A stretch of DNA of 64,000 bases from Lingula anatina (lineage: Eukaryota; Animalia; Brachiopoda). A model generated the notes under the pieces. That model saw only the letters and a program-made list of their open reading frames with translations. It ran no database searches and was not told where the DNA came from. The stretch lies in contig CM120646.1 of NCBI GenBank assembly GCA_051362555.1, positions 22,568,001-22,632,000 of the forward strand, in the 5' to 3' direction. Of the stretch, positions 11,871 to 25,400 are shown piece after piece. Within the stretch, counting starts at the first letter, position 1. The number at the start of each line of letters is the position of its first letter. The translations under genes and the position numbers were made by a program.

Positions 11871-14800
11871 ACAATTAAGTTACCCATCACATATTATACA
11901 ACATCCACAATGAATTTATGTAGACCATCATTTACCATATATATATATATATATTTACCATATATTTACCATATATCATTAACCATATATATATAGGTAC
12001 CAGGAAGCACCACCCACTTCTTCCCCTGCCTCTGTGCTGTGTCCTGGCTTAAAGTCTAATAACATTTAATACCAGTTGTAGCAAATTACAGAAACACAAT
12101 AGAAAAGTGGCTAAGCTTGGCCGAAATGGCCACCCCCTTTGCAATCAGCTCTATTGTGTTCCACATAATGGTGTGTATGAGTGAGTATATAATAATTTCT
12201 TACACAAAGGTTGGTGATTTCTAAAGAGATATCTGTTTACCTCGGAACTCTTCAGAGCTCTTAGAACTCTGGAGAATCCATCTCCCAAATGGAAGGAAAC
12301 CAAAAAGTTTGATATTTCTTTTGGTTGCATGTTCTGCTGCTATTAATTTTTCATCCCACAAAGTTTTATTTCCATGAAAGAACTCTTTTAGGTTACAAGG
12401 AAAAGTATGTGAAATCCTGTATTCTCTCCCTGTTAAAATGGCAAATGCATAGATGTCACGCAATTGATCTCTTTTTTTTTGCTTCTGAATATATATATAT
12501 ATTTATTTTATATGCTTGCATGAACATGTAAAACAGATGTACAGAATCTATAGCTATATTCAGACCATGGCCTGTTGGGGTTTTCATTCTGTAGCTGTAA
12601 AAGAGGATGGTATACAATTTGTTAAGTTGTTGGTTAGATTAAATATAAATCTGTCAATTTGCAAAATTAATTCTATATCTTATGTCCTGAGTTGGTGTTG
12701 ACAAAGTATTTAATTCACGTCCTGATCCAGGGTGTTCTTACGGTACCTGGGGGTGGGGTGGGGGAGTTGTAAGGGAGGGGTACGGGAATGTTGGGAGAGG
12801 GTGGAGGTTAGTGAAAGGAATGCATTTTTTTCAGTGTATTTTAAAATTAAACTCTGAACCTTGGTTATTTTAGCAACACACTTCAGCAGATTTGTCAATA
12901 TTGTTTTGTATATTTAAGGTTAGAGGTATATGTATAAGTGCGTACATACATGTACATACGCTCTACATACATTCACTTATGCATACATATACATTCCAAC
13001 TTGGCTGCATACGTAATGCATGTCCCATACAGTACATCAACCACCATAAATAACTCCAATACATATATTGCAACAACCATATTAAATCCATCACATATAT
13101 TACAACAACCATATTAAATCCATCACATATATTACAACAAGCACATTAAATCCATCACATATATTACAACAACCATATTAAATCCATCACATATATTACA
13201 ACAACCACAATGAAAAGTTATCCACCACATGTAATGCAGCAAGCACATGAAAAGAAAAATAATCTAACCATGGAATGACACAAAACATCTAGTGATGAAG
13301 TTTGTTCACCTTTGGTGATAACTTGATGATAATTTTGGTGTATATCAGAACCTTAAATTGATTTGCATTATTCCGCTACTTCAGTTTGTTGCTTTCACCT
13401 CTATGAAATTTTGCTTCCAATGGAATGAACAAGAGGTGTGATTGCTTATTTGTTTCACTTTCAATTGTCAGTTGAAAATGATAAGTTTAAGGGGGGATAA
13501 ATGTATAATTAGGAGGCAGTTTTATAATAGTGAAATGTCCCATTAAAAATGTATTAAATCAGCGCACCTCCTGGCTCATCTAAAAAATTAAGAAAATATG
13601 AAAATCAAACAAACAAACAAAAAAACTGTTATAAATGCTTGGATGCTGCACACTAGAATCTACATACTATTGAAAACAACATGTCTGGGCTGGAATAATT
13701 CAAAGAGTTGAACAGCACTATGTGAAATATTTCTGGGGATTTTTGATGTACCTAGATGGTAAACTAGGAGGCTGCTCCCCTCCAAGAGGTCCCAACTCTT
13801 CATATAGATTCTCTAGTTTAAAGATGGGAATTGTAAGGTTCGTAATAACACCAGCGTAGTTGATTTGGTAGACATCTTTGTAGGGGTATTTCAACATGGC
13901 TGCTTGCTGGCCAAACCCACTTGGGCTATGGATTAAAATATCACATTTTGAAAGCATGAGGAAATCTGTTAGAGCTTTTTCCATGTCTCTGCATCCTGAT
14001 CCTGGCTTATCAACGTGACCAAGAGGACCTTCAATGTCCACCAGTTGTTCAGGAAATAACGTCTTGGCTGCTGATCTTACATTCTCTGCATCAGTGGATA
14101 CAAGTAGTTTACTTTTTCCAACACGTTTGATGGTCTCTTGGAGAAATTTAAAAACGTTTTTCATTCCTGACACTTTAATGAATTGTAGACGAATCTGAGC
14201 ACAGACAAGGGTAGAGTCATTTGAGGGTTTTAAAAGCTGGTAATATTTTTGAAATTTCTCTTCAAATTGTTTGTTGGGACTGAAAAGCTCATGAAAGAGA
14301 CGTCTGAACAGTGTAACATAATGGAAGTCATCAATCGGCATGCTGAAGGCTTTTTCAATAGTTTTTGTGAAATTTTTGTTAAACCTTAAATAAGGTATGA
14401 TATCGTTATTAGTGCGGAAAGTGATGATGTCTTCTGGAAAAGTCTCTGAGAGGTTAGAACTCTGAAGAACCCAGCTCCCAAATGTTGGAAGGAAACCAAA
14501 AAGTTTGATATTTCTTTTGGTTGCATGTTCTGCTGTTATTACTTTTTCGTCCCACAGAGTTTTATTTCCATGAAAGAACTCTTTTAGGTTACAAGGAAAA
14601 GTATGTGCAATCCTGTATTCTCTCCCTGTTAAAATGGCAAACGCGTAGACTGAGATAATGCCACGCAATCGATCTCCCCATCCCATGCAGTGATGGTGAC
14701 ACTGCCAAATGACATATTGACATTTTGTCTTTGAGCAGTCACGTCTTTTCACATCAAGTGTAAAATTTCTTCCACTTCTACCTATTTGAGTTTGGTTTGC

Positions 14801-17800
14801 TTGTCTCTTGTTGTCCTGTTTTGATATGAAGGCAGTTGTCTGTTGTATTTTGGCAGTAGTAGTTTGGTTTCCATCATGTCCTTTAGCACCCTGGGTTTCC
14901 TGGTGAGCTTCGAATGATGAATTATCATGGCCCTCTCCTGTTTCACTTTTTTTCGTCTGCATTTTCTTACTGCTTTCTGTGCTCTTTTCTTCCCTGCCAT
15001 TTTCATCCGGTTTGTCCAGGCTATCTTTGTTTAAAGGATTCATTTTTATATTAAAACTTCCAGTATCTTTAGCTCTCATCTCCAATTTCTTATTACTCTT
15101 CAAGTTCTTTTCCTCCTCACCACTTTTACCCAACTTTTCCTGACTACCTTGGGTTGAAATATTGTCTTTCACCTTCAAACTCCCTGTACTGGTAGCTCCA
15201 GTTGGGTCAATTTTACTGCTGGTTAGCACCGTGTGTTTCCTTGTTGTGAATGCTGCGTGGAAAGACAATGGATTTGTTGTTGACTGAGACAAGTAGCCGA
15301 CATAGCTGGTGAGAATTCCAATGCATGACAGAAATAAAAGGAAAAGAAAGCACTTCTTGTAGCCCTGAATTCGGCCTGTTTGCTCCTTTTCCAACATGAT
15401 TCATCTGAGGACTGCAGCCGTTTCTTCTTCAGGAATAAATCATTTGCTTCATTTTCGTACTTGTACCAGCATATCCATAGAGTTATCACGAAGAAAAAGT
15501 CTGATTGTAGTTATAAACAGTACCCTTTTTCTGCTCTATTATTTATTTGACAATTATGTAACAATATGCCACATACATTGTACTTCCCTGTGATATTAAG
15601 GCTTCGTTCACATGCAATGTCTATTTTCTAAATTCTATTTTCTATTTGCGGCATGTCTTATGATCACAGTCTGTGCACTGAATATCCCGCTGCGTAATTA
15701 CTGGCAGCGCGAGCCAGTTACTATAAGTTACTATAAGTAACTGGCTCGCGCTGCCAGTAATTACGCGGCGGGATAGCGCGAATAGAAAATAGAATTTAGA
15801 AAATAGACATTGCATGTGAACGAAGCCTTAATGTTTCCCTTCACATACATTATACAACAACTACAATGAACAGGTTCCCTTCACATATATTATACAACAA
15901 CCACAAATTTATGTAGCCCATCATATACAGTACAACAACCACAATAAAAAGTTTTATCTACTTCATACAATATACAACAACCACAATAGAAAGTTATCCA
16001 TCATATAATTGTATACAATACAACCACCACAATACATACCAAGGCGGACATAGTGCTATCCTGCGACGGCAGGAAGCCGTGTGCTGGAGATATATACATA
16101 TACTAACCTTGGAGCAAGTTGTGTTCCATTTAATTAAATGTAAGGTACCAGGAAGCACCACCCACTTCTTCCCCTGCCTCTGTGCTGTGTCCTGTGTCCT
16201 GGCTTAAAGTCTAATAACAGCCTATTTAATACCAGTTGTAGCAAATTACAGAAACACAATAGAAAAGTGGCTAAGCTTGGCCGAAATGGCCACCCCCTTT
16301 GCAATCAGCTCTATTGTGTTCCACATAATGGTGTGTATGAGTGAGTATATAATAATTTCTTACACAAAGGTTGGTGATTTCTAAAGAGATATCTGTTTAC
16401 CTCAGGTCAGATTTTTCTATTATTTAAGTTGCTTACCACCAAACTTGAGGCATTTTAAGGACAGGATTGTAAATGACAACTTGGGCTGCGTGTATGTGAC
16501 TTGTAGATAGATGTTTTAGAGAAAAAAGACTGCTACACAGATCTGTTATAGTAGAAAATTTACATGTGAGGTTGTTTGTCAAACCTCAAAAATATTTTTA
16601 CATAGAACTTTTCATTTAAGGACAATGGTAGCATGTAGATGGACTCATGGCCTCAGTGGATATATGTGTAAACAAAGGAAAGTTGTTTTGAAAACTTAGA
16701 AGTATAATACCCACTGGTCATTTTAGGGAGGGCAGCTGAGACATTATATGATCAGTACAGTACTATTCGTATTCGTTAAATCTGGAAAATACAGACAAGA
16801 TATCAGTTTCTAAAAAGAAAAAGAAATAAAGGAGGAAAAATATTAGGAAAAGGCACCAAAAATCAATTCTTTAAGACAAAAAATTCACCTGTGGAGGATT
16901 CCTGTTTGTATAAAGTCTGGTTAAAGGCAACAGCAGGCTGTGCAGCAGGATACAAAACATAGAAGTCTTGTTAGGATTACCTAAGAGAAGTTTTGTCAAG
17001 GCAAAGAGTATGTACACTAGAGCAAGGTGCCAGCAAACTATATAAGTAAGTGTCATGCAAGGTAATATACACACAAAAAAACACCTCTTTTTCCTCAATT
17101 GTCTGTATGCTGGTGATTTAGTGTAGCCACTCGACTGGCAATTCACAGGAAGGCAGATACAATCCTAATTGCTTTTATCTCACGACAAATCTCAGACTTC
17201 TGGGGTAGATCGTTGCTGGGCTGACTCAGTAAGAAGTCTCTGTTTATATCTGATGGTATATTTGTGAGAGAGCAGACGCACTGGTGGACACTTGTTTGGC
17301 TGCAGCAGGCACAGAAGTTGACCAGTAGTGGACAGCACTTGCTGTGACTGGATTTAAGGCAGACTGACCTGCTACTGACCATATACCGCTGACCTGAGAG
17401 TGGACATCTGGACACAGAGAGAGAGGACAGAGTCAAGGTGCTGTAACAAGGGGATCAGCACACCTGTAACTGAGCCATTCACTTTCCATACGTGTACAAG
17501 GAACTTTTACTTGGCTGGTTCTCTGTAGTTGTCATCACTTGTGGGACTTCACACACGCTGTGTCTTTGGGTTGCCTGTTAAGAGGTCTCGGTGGCAGGCT
17601 CCTTTGTTTATTACACCTGTGTGTTTTTCCCCAGAGCAATAAGTTCCTTTGATATGGCTGTGGCAACAAAGAAAGCAGTGATGGCATTTTTGATGCTTAT
17701 GTTTGTTGCAGGTAGGTGGTGTTAAGATTTGCACACGCACACACACACACATGCACATACAAAATTATGTGTACATGTAATAATTCTTTATGAAAGTAAA

Positions 17801-20397
17801 TGAAAGAAAGTTTAATGTTGTGGTCAGATATGATAAACTTTATCGGGAAGGAATCTATGGAAGGAATATAGGTACATACAGGTGCAGGCCTGAAGCCAGC
17901 AATTTTAAAAGAGAAGTTCTTTTTTTTTTCTGAAAAAAAAAGTGGACCCTGTGGGCCTTTTACCACAAAATCTTCGTGTACCTAGATCAAATTTTACCCA
18001 GAGTGGACATTCTCTCAGAAAATAGTGCAGCTATATCCCCTGATCCCCTGGGTATTACCTTGATTTGTCTTCCTTTTCTGTTGTTAAATTAAAATTCATA
18101 CATTTTGAAAGACATTTTATGGTTTAGGCCCAGCAGTGTTCAGCAATTTGACATTCCTCTCAGATACCTCATATACAGTATCATAATTATATCATTGTCT
18201 TCTTTAAGGATCATGATTTTAATGAAATTGCATGACAGGCTTTGGAATTTTAAGATTCTCCAGGATAAAAATACAGGTGGTTTCCTGGCCTTTATATATC
18301 TATATACTCTATAAGTGTGAGTATATCGCAGAACAGGGTAGGGAAATCGTTTTGTTTAATTTAAGGCTAAAGGCCATTCTATTTCCAAGTCCTATCCAAA
18401 TGAGTGTTATCCCCATGACCTGAGCCATCAGACTATGTCAGCATTCACATCGAGAAGAGCTGAGGTCTAGCAAGGCCGAGACCTAAATATGGCGGACATT
18501 GAGAGACTATTAAAGGATTCATTCATTCATTCAAAGGAGACTTTTAAAGGATTACGCCGTCTTCCTTTCATGTAGGTCCGCCATATTTAGGTCTCAGCCT
18601 TGCTAGACCTTGGCTCTTCTCGATGTGAAAGCTCTCTATAGCTGTTGTTCTATTGTGATGGTAGCAATTAAATCACAGTTTACTCTTCAAACCATCAGCG
18701 AAAATTTAAAAAAGGGAAAGAAAAGAAAGAAAAAAAGAAGGAAGACAATTCATTATAATTGTTTCCCTGAAGGTATTTTTTTGTGCTAGTTACTCAGAAC
18801 TGTGAATCACAGGGGCTGACGTCAGTGTGTTGACAAAGCATGATGCTTACACACAGTTTCTATAGTTCCTCTAAATGATTTCTCCTGTCAAGAAAAATAA
18901 GCCAACCATGGAATGATATATATACAGCATAGTGAAGGAGTTCTTCCACCTTTGGTGATAACTTGATGATAATTTTGGTCTTCATCAAAAACTTTAATGT
19001 ATTAGCTGAGGGCTATTTCAATTAAATATTTTATTAGCACCTTTGCCTATTATAATTTACATGTCATTGTAGCGAATGAATGAAATACATGGTGGTTTAT
19101 TAGTTTTGCTGTCAATGATCTGTTGCAAAAGTTTAACTAGGAAATAATTTCCAAAGTTCAGAGACAGAAAATAAATGTGGATACAAATGTCCCTTTAAAC
19201 TTTCATGAAATCGGTGCTTATCTTTCCAAAGTCATCTCTTTTCACACTGACACTGGTTAAATTTTTCTGTGCAGGCTCGTAGCCAGCAATTTCAAAAGAG
19301 GGGTTCTTTTTCTGAAAAAGTGGACCTTTATCATGAAACCTCAGTTTATACCTAGACAAAATTTTACCTTTTCACAACACCCCCCCCCCCCCCCCCCCCC
19401 AGTATATATTTGTATGTAGGAAAGGAATTTTATCTCTGTGGGTAAAGCATACGAATAAACTTGAATAATATATGACTGTGGTTCATATTTGGTTTACCCT
19501 GCGTTTATGTAAACCAGGTTTAATATGAACAATGTTGGTATTTTGATCCTTTTTTATCTGTGTTATGGCAGTATAATTACAATTCATAATGTATACAGCT
19601 CAGAGGGGCTCATAAAATCATATTTGAAATCTCTTTAGACATGCAACCTATTATGTTACGCACTCATGTAAGGTAAGTATACTGTGTACATGTATATAGA
19701 ACAACACAGACCATTGTTAATGAGTATGAGTAATTACTGTAGCCTACAGAATATTGTATGATACAATTCCGTGGAATACAATTTTCCAGAGGCTATCAGA
19801 TTTTGTAAAAAGGTAACAAAGATAGATACTAGTATCAAATAATTAAACTAAAATGGCTTTAGAATTAAGCGAGGGTGATGTACATTACTGATGGTTCCAT
19901 TGATGATGGAATTCACATGCATCCAGCTATTAGGGCTATACATATTTTTGAAAATAATTTATAATTATTAAGAATCTGAGGACTGGTTGACAGAAAATAA
20001 TGAATGTGTTACTCTTACTCAGATTTACTTGAATAATGGAATTCTTATCAGTGTGGACTCGTTAGTCTGATGTTACGCATTCAGATATATCAGATGCATA
20101 TGCACAGCCAAGCATGACTACTTGTTTTATGTAAATTGCTTTGAAGTTAAACATATTACACATAGAAGTTATATGTGATCAGAACTAAATACACTGAGCG
20201 TTATATATGTTAGAACACCTTGAAATACAATGAGCAGTGTTAAGAGTATATGTATGTAAAATGTATATATATAGGGTTGCAGCTAGCATATGAATTATTT
20301 GACTAACCAAGCGGAAGTACACAGATTAATAATTTATAATGTTTATTGCATGCCTTTAAAAACAAATTCCTCTCTCTCTCTTTCTCTCTCTCACACA

Positions 20398-20446
<49 letters not shown>

Positions 20447-22366
20447 TAAATAGGTTCAATACCTATATAGTACATATACATGGTATTGCTGGTTCACAGG
20501 TGTAAACTCCTGTCATATCAGTTCATGTCACTTGATATCACCTGTGGTTGACATAACTTTACACTTCTATAGAATATAAGGTGAAGTTAGTTCAAATTTA
20601 AGGCAGCATTGTGTGACCTGTAGTCTAGGTGTGGTCTGGGAGTGGGTGTGGTCTTATGTATACTGTACTCTTACAGTGATATGATAAACTTATGAAAAGT
20701 AAGGCCACATTCAGAACAGTGGACTTAATATTAGTTTGAGGGTCAAATATGCCGGACCCACTTGAATACTTACCTACGGGGAATCTATTCAGTGTCTATT
20801 AGCAGATAAGATGGCAAACTTTTTAGTGGGTCGCCATATTGGACCCGCGGACTAGTGAGTCCACTGTTCTGAATGCGACCTTATTCTATTTACTGAGTCA
20901 GAAGTTATCATTGACGATCTGGCTCAATTACGGGCATTTCTTTGGTCAGTGTGTATAATCTTTGGTCAGATTGTCATCAGTGCCGCATGGTCGGTAATGC
21001 TTCTATTAGTGCCAGCACGCGAGGTGGAGAAAGTTTTAATGTCAAAGTCAGCCACCATGCAGTTGACACGCTACGTACTATTATTCCACCCACAAATTAG
21101 AAAATTTGTTTTATGTTAAGTCTGATGGTATCAGTGGGTTATATACTCATAGAGAAACTTCTACATATATAGACAATCATCCAAATTTCAGACATGATTT
21201 TGCTTTTGCTCAGATCATTTAAAAACCTTTTAGAGTGTTTAGTTTTTTCACACCAAAGTAGACTGAGATGACACGAGTTTGTGACTCAGCTGATTTTGGT
21301 GATTTTGGAGAATAACACATACTTATAAGTAGTCACGGACCTAAGTTTGTACATTATCCTACAATCATGTAGCTCTTCTCTCTGTTGTTCAGCCATTTTG
21401 TTAAAAGGAGACCAATTAGATTAGTCTAAGACTGCCCTACAAATCTACACTATAAAGATACCAGCACTCATAACTATTACCTTAAAGGCATTCTTTTTAA
21501 AATCATTAGTAAGGAGTTTTTTCTTTTAATTTTTTTGGGGGGAGGGGAAAATTCAGTTTGATGGTATATGTTCTAACCATGGCCCTTACTAGTTTTTAAA
21601 AAGAATTTATTGACAAAAGCTTATAAAGAAGTGACACAGAAAAACAACACTTTCAAAGTACACAGAAGATGTTTGACTGGGATTGAAATACAGGGACTAC
21701 ATGAAACACATAGGGAATCCATTCTGTGTCACTTTGCTTTTTCTTTGATATGTTAAATTTGGTACATGCTTCAAATTATTATGTAAGTCTAATAGCTGTC
21801 TAAGCACAGACTGCTGTAGATCTCAGCTGAATAAAGTCTGCTTACTTGTGGGTTCTAAAAGGAATACATTGTATTTCATAATATTTTTTAAAAGATGCTT
21901 CATTTTCGACATTTTCTGGGGTCGTGTATTTAATTCATTTTGCTTTTCTCTTAAAAGAAAAGCTGCAGAAGCATATAAAATTCGATTCATTTTTTGCTTT
22001 GAAAAATGTGGCATATTTTTTTTTTCAAAGATCTGACATAGTATTGTTTCAGTAAGAATCAAAAGAAAGCAACACAGTCCCTACTGTTCCATGATTTATA
22101 GCAGTTGACATAAGTCATAGATCAGTGTAGAACACCTTACAAGCAGATACTTGCGTCATGCAATTCACACAACTGTCACCAGTTTGCTCTGGTTGGGGAT
22201 GGCACTCTAAGTCTCTTATACAGCTCTTATTATGTGGATTGAATATTGTGGATTTTGTGGATTTGAATGTATTTTTTTGAATGTTCATAATTTTTCTTAT
22301 AGTTCTGCTGACATTTTCACCCCATTTTTTACTGAGTAGACCTAATAAGAATCCACACACACGGAA

Positions 22367-22404
<38 letters not shown>

Positions 22405-25400
22405 GTTAACCACTCAGTATTTTAGCATGGATAAAATCATTTTTGAGAGGCAAATAATGCTTGTTTGAGAGAAAGATTTATGGTTACATTTAAGTATTAC
22501 ATGTTTACCAGTAGCATTACATGTATTAAACTATAATGCTACCACAGTAATGGGATATTTTGACACTGATAGGAAAGAACAAATATGTTGTTAGCTCTGT
22601 GCTGAGCAAACCATGAGAGCCAGTTTGAATGGCTGGTGGCAAGTTTTTTTCTAGTTTTGCAAAACAGCTAAGTCCTTTATAACAGTTTTTATGGATGGAC
22701 AACCTTCTGTAATGTTCTGTTATTGAGTCACAAATGTTATGTTACCTATAAATTATGTCAACATTAATAATCCAATGTCTTGTCTTATTTCAAGACTAGT
22801 AAAAATCTTGGGATTGACAGTATTGGAATATTTGAGTGTCTTGTGATAAGAGGAAAAAAAGATGTGTATTTTTTGAATGGATGAATCAGCACCTTAAGTA
22901 ATTAAATCAACCTAATAAGTAATTGTATGGACTGGTCTCTTAGCTCAGGACTGTTGTATATGCAGGAATTGTTTTAAAATCTCAATGAAATTCTTTAAGC
23001 TAAATCAGTAATAAAGAAGGCTTAAAACATGCTGTGTTTCATTTGATTTATGGCATTGCCAACTGAGGTATAATTATTTTGACAAAATTATCTTATGAAG
23101 ACTGTGATCTTTATGAAGGCTGTCATTAAAAAAAAAAGAGAGGCGGCTAGGTGAAAGAATGGTTCCTTATTACAAAATCATCAAATGAAAACTATTTTTT
23201 CTTATAAAAATTGTACCAACATGTCATAAATTTTGGTGAAATGCACTGCAGTTTGCACAGACATGTTTTTCTGATTTAATCAGGATATGATGATTTTTTT
23301 CTTGGTAGTTTTAAGAGACCAGCAGACCCCCTAGTCACAAAGCCATTGGGCCTTTCCTTCAATTATTTTACTTACAACCCAAAATCATATCTGATTTGGC
23401 AGGAGTCTGTCTGAAGGTGAACAATAGCCTGCCAAGAGACTACAATACCATGACAGGAAGTACAATACAGTGAAAAATGATGGAGCTTGGTGCCACTGTA
23501 CTTAATTCTACTTTTCTCTCTTAAATAACATGTTGTCAGTTGAGCTTTAAATTATATATGTCATAGTCACTGTATATCACTAAATAGTAAGGGGAGTGTT
23601 TACTTGTAAGTACTAGTACAGTATACAAGTGGCTCCTGTAGAGCTTTTGAAGCTGTGACAGTTATTATTCAATTATGGTAATTCTACTTATCAAATTTGA
23701 ACAGAATGAAGTAATATTATTCTGTTTTCCAAAGGAGGTGTCAGGTTATGAGTAAACGTTGATTCAAAGGTTGTGAAAAGCGGCTTGGCTATTTACCAGA
23801 AAGTACATTTTTTTGAGAAAAAAAGAGTAAATGATAAATTTGCAGGATATAAATGTGACTGTAGGGGATTTTCAAATGTTTGGAGAATATCCTCAGTGAC
23901 AAGACAGAGAAGGAAGCATTTTTTTCCTCTTTGTTGACAGGTACGCATGTCAAACAATCATAAAGAGGATCTGATTTTCGTGGAAGAAATGAAGGAACTT
24001 ATTAATAAAAACTTGTTGAAAATCGGAATTTTTAAAAAGTTCTTTGCAGTGAGAAAAAAAAAAACGAATGTAAATACTTGCTATGTTGCTAAAACAGTGG
24101 ACCCCTTTTTGCATGAAAAATTATTTTGCATATTCTTAGCAAATTAGAGAGATGGCAGTTCCTCAGTCCACTTGTACATTGAAATAATGCTGCCAAAATC
24201 TGAAGCCACATATCAGCTAAACTAAAAATCAGATTCAAATAATTTTTCGAGCTTCAGAACTGTAATTTAGATTTGATTTCTATACAGATGAGGAATTCAG
24301 TGAGAGATTTTATTGAGATACATGCTTTTGTCTATGTGTAAGAAGTAATGACAGCAAGATAGTACCCATGAATCTATCTGATAAGTTTGGTATAGTGTGC
24401 AAAAAGTTGGGCTTGAGTGAAAAAAAAATCCATGCACCTGTCTGAAAGTGTTGGAAAAGAGTGCAAAAAGTTCAGTTTGAGTGAAAAAATGAAGCAATCA
24501 CTGTCCCTCCCTTTCTCCCTATGTTCAAAGAGTTAGATAATATATTTGGTGTTGACTTAAGGCCATTTTTTGACAGATACCAGATTTTGCTTAAAGACCA
24601 AATTTCTAGCTGTAAACCCACATTGAGTTGGTAAAAAAATACCAAAACAGCTAGATGTCCTTTCTTCAGCAAAACTGAAGTTTCGGACATTAAGTCTCTT
24701 CATATCTGTGTTTCTCCTGAAATAACACTTGCATTTATAAATATTTCACAGAGACATAACTTCAAGTTCTGTTAGTGTTGGGATAAATTTGCAATAAAAG
24801 GGTCCTTCTATCACGATCAATATAGTTTCCCTTATTTACGAAAACTTATGTCGGTATACTACTTTAAAGCAAAAAAAAAAAAAAATTAATTAAGTTGTCC
24901 TCTGATGACTTGCAGATGTTTGTCTGATTTTGGATAGTGGTCATGTTAAGATAGTAATGTTGCGATAAAAAAAAAAACAAATATGTTTACTTGGGAACAT
25001 ATTTTTTATCATTAGAAACCCCAGATTTTATCAACATTTTCTTTGGTTTTCATTTTGGTAACATTTTGGAAATTAAACTGATGCAGTATTTTTACATGCT
25101 TCTTAGGACAAGAATGAGTCAATGTTTTGTAGAGCCAATGATGATAAAAGCTTGAGAAAGTATAGATATGAAAAGAAGCAATGAAATATTTTTTCTTTAA
25201 TGAAAAATTTCATTATATTTCACAGATCCAATGAGCTGAAAGTGTAATTTATATTCTTACACTGAGGTCAAAATGAAAAGCAGATGTGAACTCTAAATTC
25301 CAATTTAATTGTTTATTTAAATATAGTCACTATAATTAATTAATCATGTTATTGTACCACCAGCGCTGTGCTGCAGTTGCAACATAATAAAAGCAATTTT

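Noticed and set aside
17143-17758. GC-richer segment with Cys-rich short ORFs
   Set aside because: No recognisable protein motif or consistent exon phase with either gene; it may be UTR or enhancer sequence, but this is unsupported.
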